NCBI GenBank assembly: GCA_002269645.1
Contig: NIVC01000013.1
Span: 620,001-684,000 of the forward strand
Direction: 5' to 3'
DNA from: Macrostomum lignano
Taxonomy: Eukaryota
DNA: 64,000 nucleotides
Shown here: piece after piece, positions 1-12,350 of the stretch
How positions within the stretch are numbered: the stretch's first letter is position 1
Layout: every line of letters begins with the position of its first letter
The notes under the pieces: model-generated
The model's input: only the letters and a program-made list of their open reading frames with translations
Databases searched by the model: none
What the model was told of the DNA's origin: nothing
Made by a program: the position numbers and the translations under genes

Positions 1-319
1 TGAAAGAGCAGCACTCAGATGCTCTAGGCCAGGCAGCGACAAAGACAACAGTTGGCTTAAGAAGTCAGACGGATTTCCTTGATCAAGAATTTGCAAGTCC
101 CTCAGCTTAAGTCCATGAAACTTGAGCAAGCTCGAGACGCAGATCTTCTCCGCCTGAAAGATCTGACGCACGGAAAGGAAGAAGTTGCCACTGTGAAATT
201 GGCGGTAGCGACCGAAGCGGCGCTCAATCCAATCGCTGACAATGCGGCCTGTCAAAACGGAAGGAAACGAATGCTTGGCCAACAGGTGCTCTGTGAGGTC
301 AGCAAGAGTGAGGCAGCAG
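1..319 (-). pseudogene. P-element (THAP9-like) transposase, C-terminal catalytic part
   Basis: Minus-strand translation LTLADLTEHLLAKHSFPSVLTGRIVSDWIERRFGRYRQFHSGNFFLSVRQIFQAEK matches the P-element 'ltg..sqD.lE.fFg..Rq..GgN' motif. It joins in frame to the 2717 segment once 320-2716 plus one TSD copy is removed. It is absent from the ORF track because it has no start codon. Confidence 0.85.
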
Positions 320-532
320 CATACATGCGCAACTGCTGGCCGACCTGGCCAATCCGGCCACCGTAAATTGTGGCTGACCAGGGGTAAGTCGCAAAATTGA
401 GTCAACCAAAAACAGAAAAACACAAGAACCAAGAAAGGCAAGAGGAAAGCGAAAGAAAGAGCAGTTCAGGGAAAATGGTGAAGCAAAAGAAAAACAATTC
501 ACAAAAGAAGCAAACTAAGTTGTAAAAATAAT

Positions 533-1233
533 CAGGTAAGTCGCAAAAAGGATCAGGTAAGTCGCAACAGGAATCAGGTAAGTCGCAAAAGGGTTAGGTA
601 AGTCGCAGAAAGGATTAGGTAAGTCCCAAAAAGGATTAGGTAAGTCGCAAAAGGATCAGCTAAGTCGCAAAAGGGTTAGGTAAGTCGCAAAAGGGTTAGG
701 TAAGTTGCAAAAGGGTTAGATAAGTCGCAAAAGGGTTAGGTAAGTTGCAAAAGGATCAGCTAAGTTGCAAAAGGATTAGGTAAGTCGCAAAAAGGATTAG
801 GTAAGTCGCAAAAAGGATTAGGTAAGTCACAAAGGGTTAGGTAAGTCGCAAAAGGATTAAGTAAGTCGCAAAAAGGATTAGGTAAGTCGCAAAAAGGATT
901 AGGTAAGTCACAAAGGGTTAGGTAAGTCGCAAAAAGGATTAGCTAAGTCACAAAGGGTTAGGTAAGTCGCAAAAAGGATTAGGTAAGTCGCAAAAAGGAT
1001 TAAGTAAGTCGCAAAAAGGATTAGGTAAGTCGCAAAAGGGTTAGGTAAGTCGCAAAAGGATTAGGTAAGTCGCAAAAAGGATTAAGTAAGTCGCAAAAAG
1101 GATTAGGTAAGTCGCAAAAAGGATTAGGTAAGCCGTAAGTCACAAAGGGTTAGATAAGGTTAAGTAAGTTGCAAAAAGGATTAGGTAAGTCGCAAAAAGA
1201 AGCAACTAAGTCGCAATAAGAGGGAAGTAAGTC
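533..1233 (+). repeat. ~20-21-bp minisatellite (consensus GGATTAGGTAAGTCGCAAAAA), about 30 units
   Basis: Directly visible tandem units. The core TAAGTCGCA also occurs at ~385, ~2650 and ~2674. Confidence 0.95.
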
Positions 1234-1449
1234 ACAATCAGAGGCAATCAGGGGGTAGTAGGTGCAAGTGTGGCAGGAGAGCAAAAACAGAATAGAAGCC
1301 TTCAACCACAGACAAGATCTTTGAAATCAGAAGCCCGCGTCATTTCTTAAACTCTGGAGCAGGGGTTAACAAACTCCGGCTCGCGAAGCCCCTCTATCTG
1401 GCCCTCGCCCCTCGGGTTCTTTGAAACTTCCTAACTACGAGTAGCAAGG

Positions 1450-2130
1450 TTGGTGTCTCTTCAACTCTCATCTTGCCTCCCCTCCTCTCTCTCCCCCCTT
1501 TTCCCTCTTCTCTCTCCTCTCATTTTTACTCTCCTCTCTTCTCCCCCTTTCTCTCTACCCTTTCTCCTCAATGCCCTCTTCTCTCCTCTTATCTTCAGCA
1601 AAAATATGTGCATATTTTCTTACTTCAAAGTAGAGGGAATAGAAGATTAGAGATAAGCAAACAGAGGAGAGGCGAGCGATGCGATGGGAGAAAAGATAGA
1701 AGAGGAGAGAAAAGATAGAAGAGGAGAGAAAAGCTGAGGGAGGAAAAAGAGATGAGAGAGAAGAGGAGATGAGAGAAAAGAGGAAAGAAAAGATGATGGA
1801 TAAGATCAGAAGAGAGGAAAGAGGAAAGAGGAGAGAGTAGATGAGAGAAGAGAGGATAAAGAGAAGATGAGAGGAGAGTGAAGAGAGGAGAGATGAGAGA
1901 GTAGAAAAGAGAGGAGAGATAATGAGAGAGTAGAGTGGAGAGAGACGAGAGGGAAGATAAGATGAGAGAGTAGAGTGGAATGGAGAGAGACGAGAGGAGA
2001 GATAAGAATGTAGAGAGGAGACAGAAGAGATAGGAGAGGAGAGGAAAGAGAGGAGAGAGGAGAGGAAAGAGAGAAGGGATAAGGGATGAGAGAGAAAAGA
2101 AAAAGAGGATGAGAAGATTGAGGAATGGAG
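1450..2130. repeat. Polypyrimidine/polypurine (CT then GA) low-complexity tract
   Basis: CT-rich 1450-1600 and GA-rich 1630-2130. The ORFs here are S/L/F-rich artefacts. Confidence 0.85.
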
Positions 2131-2716
2131 AGAATTTGCAAAGGCCTCAAATCTTAGTTTAACATGCATTACTCCCATCTTTGCCTTTTTCCTAACTGTT
2201 AACAAGTTTTTGTTTGAGCATGACTTCAAATTTAGAATCTATGCAAAAATAGTTCCGGGAATTAGAATTCAGTGGTTTAAAAATCTGTGGGTTTTCACAG
2301 CTTGTATCTCTACTGGATTCGTATTCTGCATCTGATGAGCCATCTGAATCAGGGCTCTCATCTTCCATGCCAAATCGTCTAGCAAATCGTTCTTGAGCTA
2401 TAGGTCACACTGTATTCACTTCACTTACTTCTGGACATTCATGAATCATGACTTTTGTAGTATGCTCACTACACTGTACTGACAATTTACTAATTGCTTC
2501 ATGCCGCCACTAGATGACACTGATTAGCTGTTATAAAAACGCGGAATCTGCACGCAGCACTAATTAGCTGGCGAGGCATTTAGCTTTAAAAATATGGTCA
2601 TAGTTACTCCTGCCGTTTACCTAAAGTTTTTGCTTGGCTCTTTCATAGGTAAGTCGCATTTTTTATCGAAAACTAAGTCGCACGGCCAGCGTAATTTCAG
2701 AAGTTGCGCATGTATG

Positions 2717-3700
2717 GGCAGCAGGATCTCACGGCTAAGAATGTAGGAGCAGTCAAGCCAGGCAGCTTTGACTTCTTCCATCGATGAAAAAAAGTGGCAA
2801 ACTGGCGCAGCTTTGAAAGCCTTGGATCATTCGGAACCAACGGAGCAGTGTCCGGAAGCCGCTTCTCCTTTGCCTTCTTCGTGGTCCTAACATTCCACAT
2901 CGTCCACAGACTCAGAATAAGCTGTAAGAAGGTGATCAGACCGATGGGAAACCTGTGGAACTTGGCAGCCTCCACTGTGGACTCGCTGAAAACATTGGCA
3001 GCGTTCTGGACGTTTGTCTTCTTCAGGTTTGTCGGATTCAAGGACCTCCTGTTCAGCTTGTGAGCAATCCGAGCAGGCTGCCGAGCTCCAGGTCATGCAG
3101 CCGGTGCAACTCTAGGAAATTCGCTGTCTGGATCTTCTGTGGATCCGAAAAGTCAGGGAACTGAAACACTCCACGAGAAATCCAGTTGTTCAGGATGTTC
3201 TTAAAGTTGTGCACGGGATCAAAAAGGAGAAATAGACGCTCACCGGACACCGGATGGGAACGGAGGACTGAATCTGACCTTTGCACAGATGAACCTGAAA
3301 CAGGCTCCCGTTCACTGAATTGTTGTTCACCACACAGACAACCAGCTTCAAGCCAACCTTGTGCAGCAGGGTAATGCAGTCAATCAGATGCTTGTGCAGA
3401 TCCTGGGCGTTCAGGTGGCTTTTGGGGACCAGGGAAATGACTTCTTGGAAGTCTCCATGCAGGGACTTCGTGAGTATACGCGTCTTTCTCTGGGGCCTTT
3501 GAGTTTGTGTTCTCACTTTCTTGAGATAGATGTCTAGCGGTCTAAGGTTCTTACAGCTCTTAGTCTCTCCTATCAGGCCGTCAGAGAAAACCGTATAAAC
3601 TGACGGGATCTCCTAGTATCTAAGCTGAGTTCGATTCTGTCTAGTATTTGCTCTAGGCAATAGTCAAAGCAAATAATTGATTCAAGACTTGGATTTGTGC
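2717..3700 (-). pseudogene. P-element transposase, central part (frameshifts and stops)
   Basis: ORFs 3190-3516, 3053-3286 and 2697-3041 carry P-type motifs FDPVHNFKNILNNW, NLKKTNVQNAANVFSES and FLQLILSLWTMWNV. Confidence 0.85.
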
Positions 3701-4779
3701 CAACTGGATAATCCAGAAACTAATTCAAATGGAGCGATTCAAGATCGAAAACTGCGCAGAAAAAAAACGAAGCGCCGCTCCAGCTTGAGATGAGCGTCTA
3801 TTTGTACCAATTAGCAGCACTAATGGTATTTGTACCATTTTTGGCCTCCCCCGCCGCCCATTTTTGTCTTCGCGTTGTTAGCAACGGCGGGGGGTTTTGA
3901 GCAATAACAAACTGGGACTTAGTCCCCTAATTGTACATGAATTTAGTTAGTTCTAATAGGTTGCTAAGTGTGAAGGTTAGAGATTATTCGGGCTTTCGCA
4001 AATCTATGTGTTGAGTTGGATAAAATTTGGGATTGAAAGATTATAGAAAGAGTGCTTAGTTTTCCGTCTCTACACTCTGTCCATGAATGATTAAACAGTC
4101 CTCTGTTTCTCTCGGTTGTCAGGCAGCTTGGGGTTGATCTCGCCTTCTTGGGCAGCTTCGGGTTGGGTAGGAGTCTCTAGGTGGGCCTCACGTTTTCTCC
4201 CTCAGGGTGCGCCAGAAGATGCCGCGTGCCGCGTTGTTCTCTAAGTCAGGCCGCTGCTCAGTTTGCTTTTCCCGGCCGGTTTAGTCGCCATTGTGCCTGC
4301 GGCGGGGTGACACTACTAACTGGAATGGAAAGAGGTTTTGTTAGATTCGGCTATTCAAATTGACTTGACAGTTGATTAATTATCTTAAAGCTGCTTCTAT
4401 TTGCTCTTCTAATAGCTATCTAGGGGTTCCAATGTGCTCTTCTGCCTCGCCCTTCACTGCGCCTGGGCATTTCATAAATTTCTACCTATCTTCTAACTGA
4501 GAGCAAAACTTCAGATTTTTAACTCTTACATGATTCTTCCTTTTTTCAAAATCCTTGTGCTAACAAGGATTTGATTCATCTATTATCGGTGTGTTATCTG
4601 TTATAGTAAGATATAAGATGTTAGAAATCTGCAGAAGGCAGTAAAACGTTGTATTAGAAGTAGAGGTAAAATTAGAGGTTGAGGTAAATTGGAGGTAAAA
4701 TTAGAGGTAGAGGAGGATGTGCTAGCAGAGATCTATAAATAGCTATGTCAAAGTTTTTCAGTGTTATAGAGAGGCAGCT

Positions 4780-5629
4780 TCAATTATTGTAGCCTTCCTC
4801 GTCCTCTGGGCGGGTGCCTTTCGACCATAGATATTGGCGGTAGCCCTGTGACGTGGGCCACGGCCGGCTGGTCGCGGAGGCCTTGTAGGGGCCTCCGTCC
4901 CATGGAGTCTTTTTGGGGGTTAACACGCGTCCCCATTCCTTGTCTTGTTCGGCGGTTTGCGTGGCCACCGAGTGGCCACCGTCGATGTCGTACTCGGCGA
5001 CCTGTGTTTGTGCGTCCTTTTTAACGCACTTGTGGACATGGATATTCACGTCCAGAAAGGCCTGGCCCGGTCGCCGGGCGTAAACTTTATCGATGGTGTA
5101 TGCTGCCATGATTTAAGCGCTGAAAGTAAACGAGAGTATTTTATTGATTCTTGCGTGTGGTGGTTTAGCGTGTATCTTTCTCGGCCCATAGCTTCTCTTA
5201 GCGATCTGCTGTACATTAGATCTATCCCCTGCGTACATGGGGTGGTGGGTGAGGCGGGACGCATGGGGAGGGATTTTGAATCTGGACTTGGAGCCGCAGG
5301 GGGTCCTTTCTTTTCTAATCGTCGGCTCCTTCCGTTTTTAACCGCGGCGCATGTGAGAGTAGCCCCTAAAGTTAGCTATTCAGCATGTTTTCCGATTGCC
5401 CTTAACGCTAACTGATCTCATTATGTCTGAGTTTGCTATGCAACGTCTGATTCGTATTATTGGCGAGTTGAAGGAGCGTCTACACGCCGTGGAAGACCGG
5501 TCTGTCGGTCTCGAGCGGCGACTGCTTTACTTGGAATCACGATCGGTTTCGCAAGATTATGGGCTACGTACGCTACAAGGTTGGCTGGGCGGAGTGGGGG
5601 CGGCGGCCTCCTCTTGTGTCTACTCCTAG
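4780..5629. other. Unidentified GC-richer segment with two divergent short ORFs (4780-5109 minus; 5396-5629 plus, coiled-coil-like)
   Basis: ORF track only; no recognisable family motif. Confidence 0.3.
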
Positions 5630-5879
5630 TGCTCTTATTCTGCTGCCTCTACCGGCGTCGTTACCAGGCCCTACCTGCCTAGTGAGCAAAATGATTGCAT
5701 TGATTAGATTATTTAATAACAATATATTAGGGAAGTCTATTTTGTATGTCATAAACATGGTTATCAATCGGGTGTATAAGTGTCAGTGGGCGTTGAATAT
5801 CACGACGTTGAGAATAAAGAGTAACATAGAGAATATATCGAGAGATAAAATTCGGGTGCAAAAATTATCAGGATGAGCA

Positions 5880-7470
5880 ATATTTGTGGATACAATTTGT
5901 TTCAAGGTTAATGTGGTTAGTGTTAGATTATATAGCGTTGTAGCTCGATATTTACTTGTAGCTTTCTTACACTCCTGTATATTCAAGGTTAACTTCAAGA
6001 AAACAGCCCCTGCCATTAGGAATATTCTTGTGATACTCTAGATTATTTTCAAACTTGAAATCTCCCACAGGAAGATTTTTCATCATTGCTTCACCATCTA
6101 AATTATTCTTGTCCAAGTATAGCATGTACGACGATTCAGAATTGCTGTCATAATTTTTTAAATACTTGTTATTCATTTTTAATATTGATCTCCACGAATT
6201 CCAGAGAAACCGCCACGAATGCCACTTTCTATCATAGATATAATTTCTTTATCACCAAGTAATTCCAATTCCACATTATTATATTTCAACCCAAATGCCC
6301 ACGATAATCCAGAAAGGGAAAAGCAATACGCAGGATCTATCTTGAAATATTTCAAGAATGTTGATCGAAAATTCTCAAAAGCATTGATAAATGAGTAAAT
6401 CTTTCTAATTATTGCTGTTGTATCACTGGGTGGCAAATATTTTATTTCTTCTTCAGAGAGTGTAAATGGTGGTTGCAAAAACCTAGATCCATCTAAAAAC
6501 ACAACGCCACTTGTATAATTCCCCCACTTAATTGCAACATCCGATGATCCGATGAGTCTTCCGATTATTTCGAAATGAAATCCAATTTATACGCTGTATT
6601 CTTTATTTGTGTTAATGGCACTATCCAATAGTTTAGATCTTTTCCAGATTCATTCAGGAGAAACAACGGTACTGTTTGATTCGCCTTGCCCTCCTTGGTA
6701 TTACATGATTAACATGCTACGCCGCGATATTTACCATTGTAGTGATTATGCTCTCCAATTTTTTACTATCTACAAATGGCCTTGAGCAGAGAAAACATTG
6801 TTCTGCCGCTTTGTAATCAGTCTCTTCGTTATCACCTAATCTTGGATGTTTATATCTGTCCATTTCATTTTTTATATGCTCAACTTTTTAATTACGATTT
6901 CAACGAATGATTCCACTGTAGTATTTGAAATAATATCTGATTTTATAATATTTTCATAATCGGAACAAATAAAAAGTGTCCAGTTTGATAGCTGTATGGA
7001 TTTATCATCCATCGTTACATAATCCAATATAGCATAAAACACAAATGGCTTTCTTACACTCATGTGGTAGTTTTTAAACTTTAACATCCTCTTATCAATC
7101 TTTGGAACTTCAATTGACACCTTAAAGTCGACACAAAGTGCTTTATGATTATCCAGTGCATCCTGGGAGTATTTAACTTGAAGACACTTTCGACAAAGTA
7201 AAACCCCATTGTTGGACGTGAGGAATGAGTTTAGGTCTGTTATTAAACAATAATGATTTTTAACAAGTAGTAAATCAATAAAATCGGGGTTGTCGTAGTC
7301 TTCTGTCAGACAAATGGAATATATTGACTCTTAATTTTTAATATCTCTCAATCAAAACACATTTATATGGAGGCTGTTCAACTTTTCAATCTCAGAGATA
7401 TCTCGAATGTCCACTGAAAACCAAAGCAGATGTCAATCATGTAATACCAAGGAGGGCAAGGCGAATCAAA
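5880..7470 (-). pseudogene. Protein-primed family B DNA polymerase fragments (endonuclease-VII-insert subtype)
   Basis: FKIDPAYCFSLSGLSWAFGLKY...IESGIRGGFSG; YDSNSESSYMLYLDKNNLDGEAM; HYCLITDL...CRKCL...HKALC; CFLCSRPF zinc motif near 6790. Many stops and deletions. Confidence 0.9.
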
Positions 7471-7497
7471 ACCAAAGCAAAGATGTGTTCATTTTTA

Positions 7498-8007
7498 TCA
7501 TTCATGTTTGTGGCAAATATGTCTAAAATTGGATAAAGTTAAAATGTATAAGAACAATGGATACACTATAAGAACAGTTGATCCTTCAGTGGCCGAATTA
7601 ATATGAACTCTATAAACGGAGAATTTTTTGGTGAAAGCTACTTCGAAATACTTCATCACTCCAGGAACTAAACCAGTGTTTTCGGTAGAAAAAATATTCT
7701 CAAAGTCTCTCTTGTTATTGCTTCTTTTCAGAATAAAAATTTTTGGTTGATTTTTTATAATTTCACCACCTGCTTTGGTTCTTTTCAATCCGAATTTCCA
7801 AATTTGAGTAGACTCGGGAAGTCGTACTTCAATGTAAGAATTGGGATCATTCCCCGATGCCCATTCGGAATTAGAAACTATATACGTTTTTGTGTAGACA
7901 TTGTTTACGCGCCCATGAGCATCGTCAATTAATTCTAACACGGTGATATTTATTGCGTCACTATCCGTCTTGGAATAAGAGCCTGAAACATTTCTCTTTG
8001 CTAACAA
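7498..8007 (-). pseudogene. Polinton fibre-like protein fragment with discoidin (F5/8C)-like region
   Basis: KRNVSGSYSKTDSD matches the KRNVADSF/DSYSRTDSD repeats of 22154-23701; YIEVRLP...FSVYRVHI. Confidence 0.55.
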
Positions 8008-8179
8008 TAAATTATCTATTTCTCTCTCTTATATCCTTCACTTTCATTGATGTATCGATCATCAGCTAACGCTATTGTTATTCCAGGCGCTATATCATTT
8101 GAATTTGACGAGTAACCAAATTGATTTGCAGTATTCTTGTTACTTATTTTATTTTAATTGCTGCAAAATTTCATTATAG

Positions 8180-8579
8180 CTATCTCCTTTATCGATTCGG
8201 TGTAAAAAGTACAGATACATTTGACCGCAATATTTCTTATCAAAATTTTGATTTGTTTCTTCCCTGTCTCCACATATTCTATTCTTTGTGTGATTAAACT
8301 TTTCCATAATTTTTAGTGGGGGTGGTAGTGCATAGGAATATAAAAATAAACCTTATCAGGAGCTGAAAAGATAGCTGAATAATGTATACCCAGTTCTTTT
8401 GAAGTGTGAATATTTGTCATAAAGTAACCACACTGTGCTAAATTAACAATCTCATCTCTTATGGCATAACGAAATGGTTTTAACTTGAGATATTTTGCCC
8501 AATTTATCTGATCAATTTTTGTCGTAGTGTCAGTCCCAAACTTTTGTTTGAATGCGCTCCAGGTTTCAGCTTTGCTCAT
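8180..8579 (-). pseudogene. Adenain-like cysteine protease (degraded)
   Basis: TWSAFKQKFGTDTTT...IRDEI...NIHTSKELGIHY is clearly homologous to 21709-22084. Confidence 0.85.
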
Positions 8580-8588
8580 TTTTAACGC

Positions 8589-9010
8589 TCATATTTGTCT
8601 TATGTTAAGAATAATAAATATTTCCTCACCATCAAAGTCGTATAGAACACCAGACTCATCTTCGATGACTAAGTCAAATGTGCTTATCATGTTTGTAGTT
8701 AGTCGTAGGTACACAGGATTTGCAGGCTCTTGAATAATTTTAGTTCTCATCGGGACAGAGAACGATGGAATTGAAAGAAGTATTTGCTCATCAATTAAAT
8801 GATTTCCATTAGCTGGATCAGTGATAAAACCCCCTTTGATATTTAGACAACGAACCATGATCGCACTTCTAGCGCCGTCTATCCGTGCTGCATTTCGAGC
8901 TCTCTCAAATGGTTTCAAATACACTTCCCAATTGAACCCCAACAGTCTTCTAAAATTATTAGAATGTGCATCCCTGAAATCAACTTGATAATCTGTGGCT
9001 AACCGTAACT
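8589..9010 (-). pseudogene. Penton/minor capsid protein, C-terminal half
   Basis: SIPSFSVPMRTKIIQEPANPVY...DESGVLYDFDGEEIFIILNIRQI is homologous to 20990-21511. Confidence 0.85.
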
Positions 9011-9269
9011 CAACTCTACGCGTGTCTAGGCTTGCACTGAAGACAATAGCTCCCTCTTTCCAATCCCATGAACCTGCTTGAATCTTTATTTTTTTTATGT
9101 TCTACCACTATTCCTAGAGTATCGTAACTCGATAACTCGAGTATTGCCTGCTTTAATATTGTTAATGGCATATGTCCTTCTGCCTTAGCTGCTAATAAAG
9201 TTAACAGGAGGCTTATATCATATATCATATTATATCATAATATCATGCTACTACTACTGTCTTCTTAAT

Positions 9270-9470
9270 TTTTCGCTACTTTTGCGCCTGCTTCATCGGC
9301 TGTTTCTATCATTGACTGCCTTTGCGATTCCAGCTGCACCCCCAGCTACTCCTCCTGCAGCTGCTGCATCCGCCAGTCCTGAGTGGTAAATTGTCTTCTT
9401 TAACTAAATTTAACTCCGGCAGAAATAATATTGCCTATGTAATCTCCATTGTAAGCCTCTCCTTCTGCCT
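9270..9470 (-). pseudogene. Glycine/alanine-rich core protein remnant
   Basis: AAAGGVAGGAAGIAKAVNDR matches GAAGGVAGGVAGIAKAVNDK at ~29650-29740. Confidence 0.75.
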
Positions 9471-9956
9471 TATACTCGCGCATCTCGAGTGGGTTTATTG
9501 TGTAGCTCATTTTCTTACTCTTTTTGTATAGAGAAATTAAGAAGACGCGAACACAAAAGATGGCACATCTTTTGGCCTGTTCCAGCGGTGCACAAGAGGC
9601 TTTTTATCATGCTTTGCATGTAAACCATAGGTTCAATTCAATGGGGGGCAGTTTTCTCTTTGCTCTCGGCGCATTGTGTGATCAAATAAGCACATGAATA
9701 TTCTCAATTTTAGAGAAAACCATGTATGCACTAAAAAGATAGTCCATTTAGTAGAAGTAGAAAATAGACTGCAATTGTTTACTTCTTCATTCATTTTCCA
9801 CGCTCGAGCACCTCTCGGACATCGGTGTCGCTCTCAGCAGCATATTCTGTGTCGTACACGTCAGGATTTTCGTTGAAACTTACAATATAAAAGCAAAGCT
9901 TTAAAAAATATGAACTTACTTACAATAACACAATATTGAAGCAATCACTTACTATC

Positions 9957-10490
9957 TTAATACCACTGGTGAACTTGTTTTTTTTCTGGTTGACCATCTT
10001 TCGAAACCAAGGCAACTGTCTCATGTGACATCTTGAGAAGATCCTTAAACCTAGTATTGTTAAGCATTTTTGCCTTCTTGCGGATCGCAGTGCTATAATT
10101 CATGACGACACGTATTGAATAGGTAGAAAAAATTAACCCTGGATATTTAAGGCAGAGTTGATAATATTTGTTGTAGCCCTCAACCTTCCGGATTGTGATG
10201 TTGAATTCTTCGGCTGGCTCTCGCTCTTGCATTTGAAACTTGGCGTTTAGATAGTAGATCACCCTAGCTTGCTCAAAATTGCATCATTGCCTTAGCAATT
10301 ATATAGATGATCGATTGATGTCTTTAATTTGTTAAATATTTCTATTAAATCACGCTTAAGCGTATCTTTTAGCTTGTGGCCAACATTGAGGGACAAGCCT
10401 TGCGTAATCGCTTCTGTGCACACACTCACTACTCTATTTTAATTCTCTAACTTCTGATAGATCGTATCTAGCACATTCTCCACATAACTC
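9957..10490 (-). pseudogene. Homologue of Polinton hypothetical gene 31286-31987
   Basis: YNKYYQLCLKYPGLIFSTYS...STAIRKK versus FNKYYQLCLDFPGLFFSTYT...STQIRKK. Confidence 0.85.
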
Positions 10491-10517
10491 ATTTCTTTTC
10501 TCCTTAAGGTGGTAACC

Positions 10518-10940
10518 CACTGGAAAAAAGTCGGCGGCCCGCCGGTGGCACTCGCCGGCGGCACTCTCCACGGGCCGCCAGGCGGCATGCGTCACGGGCC
10601 GGCAGGCGGGCCGACGGCGGCATGCGCTGAAATGCCGCTTTCATGCCGCCGAGAGGGCGTGCGTACTGCTTACATGCCGCTCTCTTGCCACTCTGATGCC
10701 GCTCATTTCGCTTGCCTGCCACCTGCAAGCCGCTATTCTCTAGAGGACATCGACTTAAAGATTCTTACAAGATCTGACTTGAACTTCTATTTACGAACTT
10801 GCAAAAAATTACAGGATCTTACCTATGTACCTATGTATCTTACCTGATCGTGCATGTTCTTGTAAGATACGATCTTTTAAGATCTTAATTAACACATCAC
10901 GATCTTGTAAGATTGTGCAAGATATGCCAAGACAGCAGTG
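10518..10940. mobile_element. CACTG...CAGTG-ended non-autonomous CMC/EnSpm-like piece
   Basis: Starts CACTG and ends CAGTG. Two different subterminal repeat arrays (GCCGCC/GGCGGC, then TCTTACAAGATC). No TSD found; may be two fused halves. Confidence 0.5.
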
Positions 10941-11414
10941 TACACTTGCGACCAAAGAAACTTGGTTATCTGGTCAGATCTGGGCTGAACCCAGGCCAGC
11001 TTATAATAATGCAGTTTAAAAGAAAGTATTATGAAGAAAGTAATCATAAACTGATTTTAATTTTTTAATATACATCAAAATCTCTTTTAGTTGTACTAAC
11101 TGCTTCATAAGCTAGAGTGAGTGTATTGACTATTTATTATGTTGCCATTTGTTGAGCATATACATGGTTATGTGTAAATAAACAGAAATACCTAAAAAGT
11201 GCTTACAAGTAAAAAATGAATAATTGAAATGATAGCGTAGCTATCATTGATGCACAAGGGTCTTCTATAGGCAGTTGTAATTTTGCCAAATCTGCGGGTG
11301 ATATGAGCATATTAATAAAATAAGTGTAGTAGTATGGGGTAAGTAGGTTTAGGCGCAGAGCATACCTTGAAATTCACTGAAAAATGACTAAAAACAGGAG
11401 AGTAGAATAGACGA

Positions 11415-11728
11415 AAGGGCTTTTGGGACAAATTTTTAACCCCCACAATCCCATTAAATCCATCCATATTATCCCTGACAGAATCAAAAAAGGGAGGAGG
11501 GGTTGAGTGGGGTGCACTTGCTTCAAAAACTTCGAAAATAATCCATCCATATTATCCCCGACAGAATCAGAAAAAAAGGAGTGGGACGCACTTGCTCCGA
11601 AAACCTCGAATATAATCCTAAATCCATCTATATTATCCTTGAATCAGAAAAAAAGGGTCGCACTCGCTTACAAAACGTCATCCGTAATCCACATAAATTC
11701 AATCATATTATCCCTGACAGAATCAGAG
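11415..11728 (+). repeat. ~75-80-bp imperfect tandem repeat, about 4 units (ATCCATATTATCCCTGACAGAATCAG...)
   Basis: Visible direct repeats. Confidence 0.8.
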
Positions 11729-11879
11729 CATAACAGGTGTACTACATAATCCGCTGACATCAGCCTGGGTAGGTAGCAGACAGTTTGTACAGACGAATGT
11801 AAAAATAGCCAGTTGATTGCTGGATGTTTACTTTTTTGCACAAATGGGCGAACTGCACTTTAAAATCATGTTTAAAGTT

Positions 11880-12350
11880 CTATTTCTCTTCGGTGCGATA
11901 ACTTGTAAGCAGCCGCCCAACTTTAAGAATCCAATGTAGACCTCCAATTTGAGTCTTTTTGTACTTTGCTAGAGCAGCCTTCACCCTAGTGATGATGTTC
12001 TGCTCGCCAGATGGAAGCTGGTGATCAACAGCATCCATTAGCTGATCATTTATTGTTTCGCGGGATGCGTACAGCTTCTCCCTGAATTTCTGCAGATCCG
12101 CCATCTTCTTCTGCAGATCCGCCATCTTCTTTTTTTCGCTACTCACATTTTGCGCTTCATTCGCTGCGGCGATATCATCAGGGGCCATGGCGAAAAACTC
12201 TGGTAGGTCGCCAGTTTCTAGACTGAAAAAGTTGGTTAGTTCCTCTCTTCTTCTTGCTTGTAGATGTGACGGCATATCCTGTAAAATTCTTTGTAGCGTG
12301 GCACAAAGGCCTTGCTTATCTGTCAAATGAGGATTCCACTCGACTTCCAT
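11880..12350 (-). CDS. Hypothetical 156-aa coiled-coil protein with a KKMADLQ duplication
   Basis: Uninterrupted ORF with protein-like composition; no family recognised. Confidence 0.4.
   Translation of the reverse strand: MEVEWNPHLTDKQGLCATLQRILQDMPSHLQARRREELTNFFSLETGDLPEFFAMAPDDIAAANEAQNVSSEKKKMADLQKKMADLQKFREKLYASRETINDQLMDAVDHQLPSGEQNIITRVKAALAKYKKTQIGGLHWILKVGRLLTSYRTEEK

Larger units (their letters stand above)
320..2716. mobile_element. Non-autonomous TIR DNA transposon (P- or hAT-type) inserted in the P transposase
   Basis: TIR CATACATGCGCAACT (320-334) / AGTTGCGCATGTATG (2702-2716). 8-bp TSD GGCAGCAG at 312-319 and 2717-2724. The motif TAAGTCGCA occurs near both ends. Confidence 0.9.
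5880..10500 (-). mobile_element. Degraded Polinton/Maverick remnant (no TIR, MCP, ATPase or integrase seen)
   Basis: Collinear minus-strand fragments of pPolB, fibre, adenain, penton, a glycine-rich core protein and a homologue of the 31286-31987 gene. Boundaries approximate. Confidence 0.85.

Noticed and set aside
533-1233. Array resembling CRISPR repeats, TTAGG telomeric repeats, or tandem AG|GTAAGT splice donors
   Set aside because: There are no unique spacers and the context is eukaryotic. TTAGG occurs once per 20-bp unit rather than as a pure array. The donor-like strand is antisense to the host transposase. It is best explained as an amplified subterminal motif.
1450-2229. Long ORFs in several frames
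   Set aside because: Artefacts of a purine/pyrimidine low-complexity tract.
10990-11769. Possible CCCAGGC...GCCTGGG element
   Set aside because: Only a 7-bp inverted match and no TSD.
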